39,664 bases of DNA from Ministeria vibrans ATCC 50519. Taxonomy: Eukaryota > Protista > Filasterea. The DNA is taken from contig CALSCP010000313.1 of assembly GCA_943704425.1 (NCBI GenBank), positions 66,910 to 106,573 of the forward strand, in the 5' to 3' direction. A program made the translations under genes and the position numbers. The notes beneath the pieces are model-generated. The model was not told where the DNA came from and ran no database searches. It saw only the letters and a program-made list of their open reading frames with translations. Positions 20,601 to 31,986 of this stretch are shown here, piece after piece. Position 1 is the first letter of the stretch; each line of letters starts with the position of its first letter.

Positions 20601-22924
20601 GCCAGAGGACGCTGTACCAGCATTGGTCACGGCCAGTGCCGTACCGCACCTCACAAGCGTGCAGGTGCCCACTGGACCGCCACCAACAGCTGTGAAATCA
20701 GTGCCATTGCACACCACAGCGAAGGCCTCAGGCGTGTAGCCCTCCTTGCACACGTAGTTAACTGTGTTGCCAGCGTGCTTATCGACCATGGCGTTGTCAA
20801 TAGTGAGCAGCTCACCGCAGGTTGTGGCAGCAGCGGCAACAGTTGTCTCAGCGGCAACAACCGAACTTTTCACAGCTCCTGCGGCAACGGTAGTCTCCAC
20901 AGCTTCTGCAACAACCGTCGTGTCCACAGCTCCTGCAGCGACCGAAGTCTCAACAGCTCCGGCGACAACCGTTGTCTCAGCGGCAACAACCAAAGTCTCA
21001 ACAGCTCCTGCAGCTGCCGTCGTGTCCACAGCTTGTGCAGCAACCGTAGTCTCAACAGCTCCTGTAGCGACCGAAGTCTTCACAGCTTCTGCAACAACCG
21101 TCGTGTCCACAGCTTCTGCAACAACCGTAGCCTCCACAGCTCCTGCAACAGCCGTCGTGTCCACAGCTTCTGCGACAACCAAAGTCTCAACAGCTCCTGC
21201 AGCGACCGAAGTCTCAACAGCTCCGGCGACAACCGTTGTCTCAGCGGCAACAACCAAAGTCTCAACAGCTCCTGCAGCAACCGTCGTGTTCACGGCTTCT
21301 GCAACAACCGTAGTCTCAACAGCTCTTGCAGCAACTGTCGTGTCCACAGCTTCTCCAACAACCGTAGCCTCCACAGCTTCTGCAACAATTGAACTCTTTA
21401 CAGCTCCTGCAACAACCGAAGTTTCCACAGCTCCTGCGACAACCGTACCATTCTGACACGGGGATGAGACACACTCGTCAATGTTCAAAGCGCAATCTGT
21501 ACTTGTGTAGCCAGACACACATGTGCATGTGTAGTGATCAACCGAAGCGGTGCAAGTTCCGCCATTCCGACAGGGCGACGAGACGCACTCGTTGAGCAGA
21601 CTTTGGCACACGTCACCGGTGTAGCCGGAAGCACAAGTGCACGAGTGTGACACACACGAACCTCCGTTGGAACAAGGCGCTGACGCGCAATAGTCGGGAT
21701 GTGTCTCACAGAGAGATCCAGTCGAGTGTTCGTCGCAAATGCAGGTGAATGTTCCTTCATTGAGATCTGCCACACACGTGCCTTCGTGTTGGCACGGCAA
21801 CGACACACACGCATCAAACAACTCACACAAGGCTCCTGAACCGCCAGGACGACACGTGCAATTGAATTCACCGGCGCCCAGATGAGGAGTGTCAAGGCAC
21901 GTCCCACCATCAGTACACGGCGCAGAGTTGCAGCCGCGAATGTCAGACTCACATAGAGTCCCAGTGTAACCCTCGGCACAATCACACACAGTTGATCCAT
22001 ATTGGGAGGTGTAGCGGCCGGAGGGGCATGATTTACAGGCGGTTTGGCCCGTCTGCGCGATATAGTACCCTGGCAAGCACTCTGGACACACTTTCTGCGC
22101 ATAATTTGTGTTTGCTCGTCCGACTGTACAGTTTTGACAGGATGTGGCGCCCGAGCTCCCTTGGTATGTGCCTGATGGACAGGAAGTGCACCCGTAGCGC
22201 TCCTGGCTGTGGTAGTCCGAGCTCTCTGGTGAATAATAGCCCCCACTGCAGATACGGCAACCGCTCGTCGGCGAGTCACTGTAGAGGAAGTACTTGCCAC
22301 CTGGACAGTAGGCACAGGCGGAAGCGCCCGAACTCAAAGTTGTTTTGGGTTTGGGGCAGTTACGGCATGAAGTGAGACCGCCGTACGCGTAGCTTGTGTA
22401 GTAGTACGTGTAGGATCCGGTGGTGGTCGGAACATAGGCGGTGCGTACGAAGGCGTTGTTGGCCCAGGCGTTTGCAGGGGTGTATTTGCCGGGGGGGCAG
22501 AGATAAGGGCAATCAGATGTGCCACCAAACGTGTAAGGAGCGTTGCTGTAGTAGCGCCCGCCCGAGCATACTAGGCAGCTCGCATATTTGGTGCCTGGTG
22601 TGTACGTGATGGGGTTACAGGTTGTGCATACTGTTGATGCGAAGTTGCGGGAATAGCTTCCACTGGGGCAGTTACGGCAGTTACTCTCGCAGGTATGAGG
22701 TGTGTAAGATCCTACACGGAACAACGGAGAGGGTGAATAAAAAGTAAATATTTTCATCTTAACTACCTGGAGCGCACGCAACGCAGGCTGTCTGGCTAGT
22801 GGAGTTCTGGAAGTGACCCATTGGGCAACAAATGCAAGCACCCGAGCCAGCCTGGTCGTCGTTTGGCTGGTAGCGACCTGAGGAACATGAGACGCAGTAG
22901 CCTGGACCTGAGCCATTACGCCAC

Positions 22925-22959
<35 letters not shown>

Positions 22960-22976
22960 TATTAATAATAATAATA

Positions 22977-23009
<33 letters not shown>

Positions 23010-23382
23010 AACTAGCGGATAATTTTCGTGTTTTGTTTTTTTTGCCTACTTTTCCTGCTGGGCAAGCAACATTGCGACGATCGCGCTTCTCCAGGAGGTC
23101 GGTGGGCTGCGTTTTCTTTATCTTCGCATATAGCATATCGTAAATCGAGCTTAGCACGCTTTGGTTGGAGTCGACAGAGCTAGCGTCAATCGCATCCAAG
23201 GGGACATTCTTTTTCGGGCAATTGGATGTAGAGGGTGCGAGCTCGTCAGAGGGCGCTTGGTTGTCGCCGAGAGCGGTGGCTTCGGCTCGCTCGAGGTTGT
23301 TTGTCTCGGGCTCTGCAGCCGCAGCGACAAGCAAGAAAGTGAGACACACTCCCGCAAGTGAGATGTGATGCCAAGCTTTCAT
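17625..23382 (-). CDS. Receptor tyrosine kinase: signal peptide, Cys-rich (GCC2_GCC3/TNFR-like) repeats, EGF repeats, low-complexity repeat, sushi/CCP domains, ZU5-like domain, TM helix, Tyr-rich juxtamembrane region, TK domain
   Basis: Kinase motifs IGKGEFG, VAVKTLK, HRD|LAARN, DFG, LPVRWMALES, DVWSFGV. Introns 22924-23049, 22712-22766, 18329-18389 and 18111-18178 splice in frame. Signal peptide MKAWHHISLAGVCLTFLLVAAAA; furin-like RDRR. Confidence 0.93.
20820..21446. repeat. Approx. 30-bp (10-codon) degenerate tandem repeat within the RTK ORF
   Basis: About 20 units of VVAGAVETT-like peptide; also open on the opposite strand. Confidence 0.9.
22925..23008. repeat. Intronic (TAA)n followed by (TTA)n, forming an inverted microsatellite
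   Basis: Seen directly in RTK intron 1. Confidence 0.85.
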
Positions 23383-23431
23383 CCTACAAGCAGTAAGTAA
23401 TAGAGCAAAGCAGGAGAAAGGGTTTCTGTGT

Positions 23432-23513
23432 TAAAAAGTAGAAGAAGAAGAATACAACCCATATAAAAAGTAGAAGAAGAATACAACCCATTTATTAATG
23501 ATATAAAAAGTAG
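23432..23513 (-). repeat. Dispersed repeat, copy 2 (partial, inverted, locally duplicated)
   Basis: AGAAGAAGAATACAACCCAT occurs twice, each preceded by TAAAAAGT; 23472-23503 is the reverse complement of 17459-17490. Confidence 0.8.
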
Positions 23514-24535
23514 CGAAGTTGGGATGCAAAAAAATTGTTGGAGGAAGAGCTTTGGGTGAATGCGTTTGCCGGCCGGCCTGTTGAGGGGGAGGAGGTCAAC
23601 CGGCACAATTCACTATTGGGTAGATGGCGGTGATTCTCGTGGGCAAGGGCGGGTGACATGCCCATTCATACGATGCAATGCTCGCGCGCACTGCAGGTCC
23701 ATGGCGGTCGCTTCCCCCCCAAGGAGGATAACCGCATGCTAAGTACAAACACCCCTTGCCCCACACATGAACTATACGATTGCATTCAGACGCTTTACAC
23801 ATACTCAAGCAGCCGCTGGACACCAGAGCCTTTGCAACTGGTAGAAAATAGAAATACATTATTACTTTTACAATTTCTGACTTGCGTGCTTTGGCAAATT
23901 AGAGAGAGACGAAAACTAATATATCCCGCTCGCCAGCCCCCGCAAACAGACACCTATTACACCTGGATGCCAATGTACCATATGGCATGTGAAAATACGC
24001 TGGCGATTTCACGAAGAGGCCCAAACTTCTCCCCCACAGTGCGAAGCTTCCGCTCCGCAAAAATCCACGGCATGTGTACCCTTGCGATTCCCGCCACTGA
24101 AACATAAGTCGCCTAACAGTTTACAGTACCATGCAGTACAGCTCTGGGATCACGCGGCACCCGAAAAGACAGTGATTCTCTCTTTTTCGTTTAATATTTT
24201 AAGACGCGAATTCGACGCGAACCCCCTAGCCCACGCCACACAGAAAAAAAGGCATGGTCGCATGGGGCTATACTCAGGTCGACAGAGGTCTGTTATAAGG
24301 TTCACACCCACCCACCAGAACGGCAGCGGAAAAGAGTAGAGTGAATTTCGCTCGAGGCAAAAAAAAAGAAAATGCGGAAGCGCCACGAAAAAAGAAAAAG
24401 AACGGCAAAACGTCGCGAAAATGCCACAAAAAATGTTTTTGTGCGAGAATGACATGAAAGTGCACGAATGTACGCATTTTACCTCGAAATGTCTTGGATT
24501 TGGGGATAATGAAATAATTTGATTTTGGTTTTTAC

Positions 24536-24768
24536 TTTTTTCTGTTGGGTCTTCGGTGGAGAATCAAGTCTGAGGATGTGAGAAAAGTAAGAGAGGTGGG
24601 GGAGGGGGGGGGGGGGNNNNNNNTAAGGGGGGGGAGGGATTTTTTCTGTTGGTCTTCTGTGGAGAATCAAGTCTGAGGATTGGTGAGAGAGGTGGAGGTG
24701 GGAGGGATTTTTTTCTGTTGGGTCTTCTGTGGAGAATCAAGGCAAGTCTGAGGATTTTGTGAGAGAGC
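24536..24768. repeat. Three degenerate tandem copies of TTTTCTGTTGGGTCTTCTGTGGAGAATCAAGTCTGAGGAT with G-rich spacers, spanning an assembly gap
   Basis: Copies near 24537, 24640 and 24708. Confidence 0.8.
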
Positions 24769-25399
24769 TCACCTTGCACACTCTCACGATCAACCAATGC
24801 CACCTCCTTGACACAAATGCCGCCAACCCATTCGTCCAGACTCGGTCACACAGACCATTCGGCACTCGGCAGCATTGTCGTAATGTCGTTTGAACTACAG
24901 CTACAACAACGAGCGAGCCAGCCGCAATCGCTCCCCGAGTGAGAGCGGGGAGCGATCGTTCCGAGTTTACTTGTTACTCGTTAGACAGCTATTACAGCTT
25001 GTCAGAGCCCTAAGCCTCCACTAGTGGCATGAACTATGGCGTCCCATTGCGACTGCCTCACTGAATAGCGATTGCACTTGTGCTTTTGTTGTAGATCCTG
25101 GCGACCGAGTAATCATTCTTTCATATTCAAAACTCAATCCTCGTTATTTATTATTCTCGCACAGTCTTCTCACACTGTTTTTTTCCTTCTCTTGCCCGAG
25201 TGAGTTGCTGCTATATTGCAACCGTTCTCAACCACTCACTTCTGATCGCTGAGAGAGCCCAAGGCTTTGTATCTGCGACTAACCCCAAGCGTTTTCAGGT
25301 GTGTGTCTGTGACCGCAAAAAAAAAAAAATCAAACCGTGTAATTAAATTGATTTGACGTGTAGGCAGCGTCATACTCGCCAGCGTTACTTGCGTTACAC

Positions 25400-25801
25400 A
25401 TGGTCACCGAGGGATACCCCGTGGGGTCGATGTGCCCGTCCGTGCTGTGCCCGGGGTCGCCGCGGACGAAGCGTCGCGCGTCGATGACGTCGCCAACGCT
25501 CGCTACGCTCTTGTCGCCGCCCGCCGCCACGCGAAGGCGGTCAGCAAGCGGTAAATTGCGGGGTGAAGCCTATGTGCAGGCGCTGGCGCGTGCACGCAGA
25601 CAAGAGGTGTTTTTGAAGCGTCGGAAGACGCTAGACGAACTGTACACCCACACACAGATGCCGGGTGCTGCTGTGCGGATGGAAATCGACTCAACCAACG
25701 ATTCCGAGGCACACGATGCATCGGTGCTGGCTCTGTACGAGTCACTGCCGCGCAGCCGGCGGCGACGAGGAGCGTTTGGATCGATCTTCGAGGGGTGTTG
25801 A
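25400..25801 (+). CDS. Hypothetical basic protein, 133 aa
   Basis: GC-rich ATG-initiated ORF with coding-like composition between AT-richer flanks; possible 5'UTR intron at about 25299-25362; no recognised domain. Confidence 0.55.
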   Translation: MVTEGYPVGSMCPSVLCPGSPRTKRRASMTSPTLATLLSPPAATRRRSASGKLRGEAYVQALARARRQEVFLKRRKTLDELYTHTQMPGAAVRMEIDSTNDSEAHDASVLALYESLPRSRRRRGAFGSIFEGC

Positions 25802-26177
25802 CGTGGACCGACTGAAATATCCCCGACGTGTACCAATACAAAATGCCAACTGTAACTGCTTCAAGTCAACTCACAATTAGTTTCATGTACTTCAGTATGG
25901 CGTGTGACGCGGGCTTCAGCGTTTGAAACGCCCGCTGGACGCCACTGGATGGGTTTTGGGTTATTATTATGTATATGTATGTATATCTGTGGTTTCATCA
26001 CGCATCCGTGAGAAAGACGCCTCTTGGGCCGTTCATCTTCCTACACGAGTCGCACAATGAGCATATGGTTCCTGTGGGCCGCCGAGAGTCGCGACGGAAC
26101 CTACCAGATTGACTTTTCTCACAGACAAAGATCGTCAATCGAATGACGCCTGTTATTTTTTTTATTTTTCTTTTTGG

Positions 26178-27812
26178 ATGATCAACAGAATTCCATGTTG
26201 GCTTCAGCGCCGACTCGTACATACGCATGTATTGAGAGATTCCCTTGCCGTCCACTCGCTTCGACACGCCCCTGCGTTTCATGATCAAGGGCGTATCTTG
26301 ACGTATAATGCGGTCAACAAAGTGGCCCGCTCGGTCGCCCACCACCTTCGTGTCTCCACAGGCCTTGTCCAAGGTGATCGCGTTGCACTTGTGCATCCGT
26401 GGACTCCGCAGTTTGCGCCTGCACTCTTTGGTGTATGGCAGGGGGGCATGACTGCCGTTCCAATGCACTCTCGCTTCCCAGACGCGCTACTGCGCTACCA
26501 GCTGGAACACGCCGATGCGCGCGCCATGATTGTGTCGAGTGCTTCGAAGGGTATTGCCGAACGGGTGGCGCAGAGCATGGCGAAGCCGTGTGCAATCGTG
26601 ACACTTCCCGAAGATCTGGCTCCGTCTAGCGGCGTTGACGACTGCTCACCCCCCTCCGCCACTGTGGCTTCCGCTGATGACGCATTGATCATTTTTACTA
26701 GCGGCACGACGGGTCTGCCTAAGGGTGTGCTCCACACGCACGCGTCGGTCGAGGCGAGTGTGCGTGACCTTGTTGATGCTTGGCAATGGACGGCGCACGA
26801 TCGCATTCTGCACGTCTTGCCGTTGCACCATGTGCATGGCCTGTACAACAAACTATTGTGTCCGCTGTACACGGGTGCCTCTGTTGAATTTGCGTCGCCG
26901 AGCGATCCCCACGTGCTATGGGAGCGACTACTTTCAGGTGACATTACTGTGTTTCAAGCGGTCCCCACGATTTACGCCGATCTTCTTCGTCACCCACCGC
27001 CTGGCCTGAGCGCCCAGGAGGTTCACGACCGCATGGAGCGTGTGCGTCTTACTGTGAGCGGATCAGCTGCCTGTCCACTGCCAGTGCACGCCGAGTGGCG
27101 TCGTCTCACGGGCAAAACACTGCTCGAGCGGTACGGCATGACCGAGCTTGGGATTGTGCTGTCGCAGAGTGTCAAAGGACCACGCGAGGCGGGCTGTGTT
27201 GGTCGCAGCCTTCCGTCGTCCCATGTTAGTGTGTGTCGGGAGGATGGAAGTGAGGCGGCTCTCGGCGAAGAGGGTGAGCTGCGCGTGAGAGGCGCAACAG
27301 TCTTCAAGGAGTACATCAACGATGAGACGGCGACACGCGCGTCGTTTGACGTACAGGGTCGCTTTTGCACCAGAGATGTTGCGCGCGTGCGTCTGTTCGA
27401 CGAAAGTAGCGGCAGTATCAGCGACGACGACAAGAGCGGCCCCCAGTTGACGCACGAAGAGGTGCAAATTGTGGGTCGATCGAGTGTGGACATTTTGAAG
27501 GTTGGCGGGTACAAAGTGAGTGCGCTTGAGATTGAGAATCGTCTGCTTGAGCATGAGCGTGTGGCCGAAGTAGCTGTGGTAGGGCTTGTTGACGACCGCC
27601 TTGGCCAGCGTGTCTGTGCCGTGGTTGTGCCCACTACCGCGACGACGGCGGACGGGCACACACAACTGCAGACGGACCTTGAGTCACACTGTTCTCAGGT
27701 GCTGGCGCCTCACGAGCGACCTCGTTTGTTTGTCTTTACCGAAGACCTTGGTCGTAACCACATGGGCAAGGTGAACAAGAAGGATCTAGTCAAAAGAATA
27801 GAAGTAATGTAA
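26178..27812 (+). CDS. ACSF3: Malonate/methylmalonate-CoA ligase (ACSF3/MatB family)
   Basis: FTSGTTGLPKG, LHVLPLHHVHG, family-diagnostic ERYGMTE, GRSSVDILKVGGYKVSALEIE, RNHMGKVNKK; presequence-like N-terminus. Confidence 0.9.
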   Translation: MINRIPCWLQRRLVHTHVLRDSLAVHSLRHAPAFHDQGRILTYNAVNKVARSVAHHLRVSTGLVQGDRVALVHPWTPQFAPALFGVWQGGMTAVPMHSRFPDALLRYQLEHADARAMIVSSASKGIAERVAQSMAKPCAIVTLPEDLAPSSGVDDCSPPSATVASADDALIIFTSGTTGLPKGVLHTHASVEASVRDLVDAWQWTAHDRILHVLPLHHVHGLYNKLLCPLYTGASVEFASPSDPHVLWERLLSGDITVFQAVPTIYADLLRHPPPGLSAQEVHDRMERVRLTVSGSAACPLPVHAEWRRLTGKTLLERYGMTELGIVLSQSVKGPREAGCVGRSLPSSHVSVCREDGSEAALGEEGELRVRGATVFKEYINDETATRASFDVQGRFCTRDVARVRLFDESSGSISDDDKSGPQLTHEEVQIVGRSSVDILKVGGYKVSALEIENRLLEHERVAEVAVVGLVDDRLGQRVCAVVVPTTATTADGHTQLQTDLESHCSQVLAPHERPRLFVFTEDLGRNHMGKVNKKDLVKRIEVM

Positions 27813-28035
27813 ATTGTAAAAAGAGACGATTGATTCTAAATAATTGATCTTCAATGTACAAAATACCAATAATTTAAATATTGTAACCTTCTGTCGTGCG
27901 AATGTGGGAGGACGATGGAATTGAAGATGGTGGCTATTCGGACCGGTGAGTCGTCATTTGTTGCTGTGGTCGTCTTTGCAGTCGCAATGTTAAACTCTGA
28001 GCGTTTTCAGTGTCGACTCGGAGGAAGAGGCGGAA

Positions 28036-30208
28036 ATGTACGCGGCGCTCCATCATAGTATGAGTACAAGCACCCCTGCAAGCCCTATGGAGGCGATCCA
28101 GACCCCTTCGAGTGCGGGGGCGACGGACAAGAGGAGAAAACGGAAACGTGCTCGGTTTCTGTTGCAATCTGCCAATGAGCCCAATGAGGTGGGAAGCCGC
28201 TCAAATGGCATCGACGCCCAAGGGGGAGAAGACGAGGAGTCTCGTTGTGCAGCTGTGATGGCCAAGGATGTGGTAGTGGTCGACGATGTCCCTTTATTTA
28301 GCAGCGCATTGAACAGCTCCGACGAAGATTCGCACGACGACAGTGACGCACACGACACAGCAGGCAGGCATGGCGATATCGATGCTGCTGCTACGCCTGA
28401 TGGCAATGGTGACGATGACGATGAGGTGTCCACCTCTTTCACGTACAACGCAATGATGCAGAGTGCAGGCATCGGCAACGACGACGACGACGACGATGAC
28501 GACGCGTCGTCGACCACCTCGTCCATTGACATCAAAGATCTCGACGCCCTTGAAAAGCTTCCTCCGCCCGACACTGATCGCGCACGCGCCGGACGTGGGA
28601 GCAATTCGCGCTACTACACGCCCACGGGCGATCGGATTCGCTGTCGCACCTGCAACGAGCCGGGACACATAGCGCGCGACTGTTTCAACAGAGTAAGATG
28701 TGTTTAATTATGTGTAATGTTTATTCATGAGTGTTAATGTATGTGTGTGCGCCATGACATTTGCAGAATAAACTCCCGTGTCACTTTTGCGGACGAGCGG
28801 GTCATGCGCGCAACCGGTGTCCAATGCAGGTGAGATACACAACGCCAACCACACACCACAAGACATACACCACAAGACATACCCCACATACACCACAAGA
28901 CACACTCACTCACTCACTCACTACATACACCACAAGACACACTCACTCACTCTCACTCACTCACTCGCCTTGTTTGCTCACTCAATGTACGACATGCAGA
29001 TGTGTCATTCGTGTGGTCAAGTCGGGCACAGTATTCGCGACTGTTGCGAGCGACGCTACGGACGGGCGCAACGGCGATGTGAGCGCTGTCGCCAGTATGG
29101 TCATTTCACTGGCGAATGTACTGACATTTGGCGCCAACTGCACGCGCGACGGTATGCGTATGCCGCCCCTCTCCCATCTTACATGCTCACACTCCTCTCT
29201 CTCTCCCTATCACTTTGTTTCTTTCTCTTCTCTCTCTCTATCACTTTGTTTAATGCTCCTGTCTCTCTCTATCACTTTGTTTCTTTCTCCTCTCTCTCAC
29301 TCTTTCTCTATCACTTTCTTTCTCCCTCCTTTCTCTCTCTCTCTATCACTTTGTTTCTTTCTCCCTCCTTTCCCTCTCTCTCTCTCTCTGTCTCTCTGTC
29401 TGTCTCCTTCTCTCACCTGCGGTTTTCTCAGGCCCGATCGCTTTGGAGGAATTGCACCCGATGACTCCATTTCGTGCTACAACTGTGGCGAACCGGGTGA
29501 GTTGTGGGACACATTGACACACGTTTGACCTGGTACTCACTCGTGACTTTTTTCTTCTTTTTTGTAGGACATTTGGGCCACGAGTGTGAAGAGGATCGGA
29601 TGGACTCGTATGTGTACAACACAAACCCTTTTGTGAGCCACTACGACGAGCGGATCAGCGGGCGACGGCAAGGGGGACGGTATGAGCGCACTGCGTATGG
29701 GGTGGAGGAGACGGAGAGGAAGGAGAAGAAAAAGAAGCGGAATAAGGAGCGAAGGAAGGAGGAGCGGCGCGGGAAGAAACGGAGGAGGGGATCGTCGAGT
29801 GAAGAGGAGGAAGGGGAGGAGCAGCAGGAGGAGGAGGAGGAAGGAGAGCAATCTGGGTCTGACATGGATTTGGGGAGTGGGAGTGAGGAGGGTGTGTTTC
29901 GGGATGTGAGAGAGGTTGGGGAAGTGCGGAGGAGCGCGGTAGGGCGGCACACAAGAGGCGCAAAAGCCGTGTCGCATCGGCACAAGCGCAGTAAAGTCTC
30001 CTCGCCGGCCGTGGACGAGACTCGCCTGCGCCGGTTCAAGGACTCAAACTGGCGACGCATGCAACAACAACAACAACAACAACAACAACAGCAACAGCAA
30101 CAGCAACAGCAACAACATCGGCGCTCTTCCAAGCACGCCCCTCCACGCTTCCAACCCTCCTTCCACGGTGGCTATCATCGTGGCAATGCCCGTCACCGAC
30201 ATCGATGA
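28036..30208 (+). CDS. ZCCHC7: Zinc-knuckle protein of the TRAMP complex (AIR1/2, ZCCHC7 homolog), multi-exon
   Basis: RYY followed by five CCHC knuckles spread over exons (CRTCNEPGHIARDC, CHFCGRAGHARNRC, CHSCGQVGHSIRDC, CERCRQYGHFTGEC, CYNCGEP|GHLGHEC), with the IWRQ linker motif between knuckles 4 and 5. Confidence 0.85.
29190..29412. repeat. Intronic CT-rich minisatellite, same family as 11140-11580
   Basis: TCTCTCTATCACTTTGTTTCTTTCTC units. Confidence 0.85.
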
Positions 30209-30278
30209 TGTATAATAGTATTTTTTACTTCCTTTTCCAGCACAGTATTATATAGAGTACACAACACAAGGATGAAAA

Positions 30279-31986
30279 TTAGGAGTCGTCAGCAGTAGTC
30301 TTGACGGCAATGAGCTGAGGATCTGCTGCGGGGGCAAGACGGGGGCGCAGGTAGAGCATCAGCAGCGCAGCGCACGCAAGTAGGAGTGTGCAGAACTGGA
30401 AAATGGTCTCATTTGGGAGATCCTGAGAAAGCGGCAGGGAGGAAGGAATGAGAAAAACAATGTAATAAAGAGAGAGAAGGGGGAGTAAAAAAGGACAAAG
30501 TGATACAGAGAGAACGAACAAAATGAGAGAGAAAGAAAAAAAAACATTACAGAATGTGAACTATGGATACCTGAAGAAGGATGATGACGACCGTGATGTT
30601 GAGGGGAAGGCGAAAGAGATTCATGGTGGTGGAGCGGGTCTCTTCGGGGATGTGGAGGGAGCGCAGAGTGCCCATGGCCGGCCAAAACACCCCCACGCAC
30701 ACCTACAAAGAATGAGTATGCGGAGGTGTCAGCATACATGTGCACTGGGTGGCAGAACTTAACCTCAAAGAGGCAAAAGGCCGAGTAGACGGCAAAAAGA
30801 GAGTCGGGCAGGAGAAAGGGTACTGCGAGACACATCGCCGACACGCCAAAAACAGGGCCCATAAATTGCTCAGGTGCAATCGACTGGCTCAAAAGGACTT
30901 TGAACAGTCCCGATCCAATCATACAGGCAATCTACACGGAGAGAAAGACACAATGAGACTTGTTACAACAAACCACAAGCTGAAAGGAAGAGAGACATTT
31001 TGGTTTGTGTGCGTGAGACCATAAAGGAGGCAAAGATGGTTCCGTGCGGGATGTCACCAAACACACCCGACGCAGCTGCGGCAATGCCCACGGCGGGAGT
31101 CCACATCAGCACAAACATGTACATGCTCTAAACAGATGATATAGTAGACGAAGACAGGGCCAGAGTCAGAGAGAGAGAGAGAGAGGAGAAAGAAACAAAA
31201 TGATTGAGAGAGAGGAGAAAGAAACAAAATGATTGAGAGAGAGGAGAAAGAAACAAGATAGAGAGAGAGGAGAAAGAAACAAGATAGAGAGAGAGGAGAA
31301 AGAAACAAAGTGATAGAGAGAAAGAAACAAAGTGATAGAGAGAGAGGAGAAAGAAACAAGATAGAGAGAGNNNNNCCCCCCCACACACACACACACACAC
31401 ACACACACCTGAACAAGATGGAGGTGGAGACGCCGCCGAGAATGCGGCCAATCATAAGAATGTTGTAGTCGTTGAAGTGCTTGGTCACGCAGGCAAGGGC
31501 GTAGCACACGGCGTAGACCAGGCAGTTGAGACGGCGTCCAAAGCGATCGGCCAGAGACCCCACAAACGTTCCAACGAGCGCTGAGGAGCCAAAGCCAGCG
31601 ACAAACAGCTAGAACGCACGCGAGGGGTCAGCATTGGGACAGGGGTCACCGTGGGCAGCTCACCTGGTCGATCTGCGACTTGGTCATGCCGTAGTGCTGC
31701 AGAAGGCAAATTCGAAAAGTAATATAAGAAAGAAAAAAAAGAATGAGGCAGTAAAAACAGCAGATGCGTCTCGAACCTGATAGAGAGCATACACATAGGG
31801 TCCTTGGAACCAATCGGCGGCGTTGGCAACGAGGAAGACAAGCAGGTAGTTGTTGCGGAAGGATAGAAATGCGGGAGTGAGTCCTTCTGTGCCACCGAGC
31901 GTCTTCTTCAGGGACGCCGGCGAGAGGGGCGCCCCGTATAACAGCGCGACGATCACAAGAAGGAAGAAAAACACAACCGTAAACAT
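30279..31986 (-). CDS. MFSD5: Molybdate-anion transporter MFSD5/MOT2 family, multi-exon, central exons missing at a gap
   Basis: YLLV...ADWFQGPYVYALYQ, GSLADRFGRR, GRILGGVSTSILF, SMYMFVLMWTP, IPHGTIFASFM, FCLFE; N gap at 31371-31375. Confidence 0.88.
31168..31408. repeat. Intronic GA/CT minisatellite plus (CA)n, spanning a gap
   Basis: GAGAGAGGAGAAAGAAACAA units. Confidence 0.85.

Noticed and set aside
24536-24768. CRISPR-like repeat-spacer pattern
   Set aside because: Degenerate repeats, low-complexity G-rich spacers, no cas genes, eukaryotic context.
24927-24956. Helitron 3' hairpin
   Set aside because: No CTRR terminus at the expected distance on either strand.
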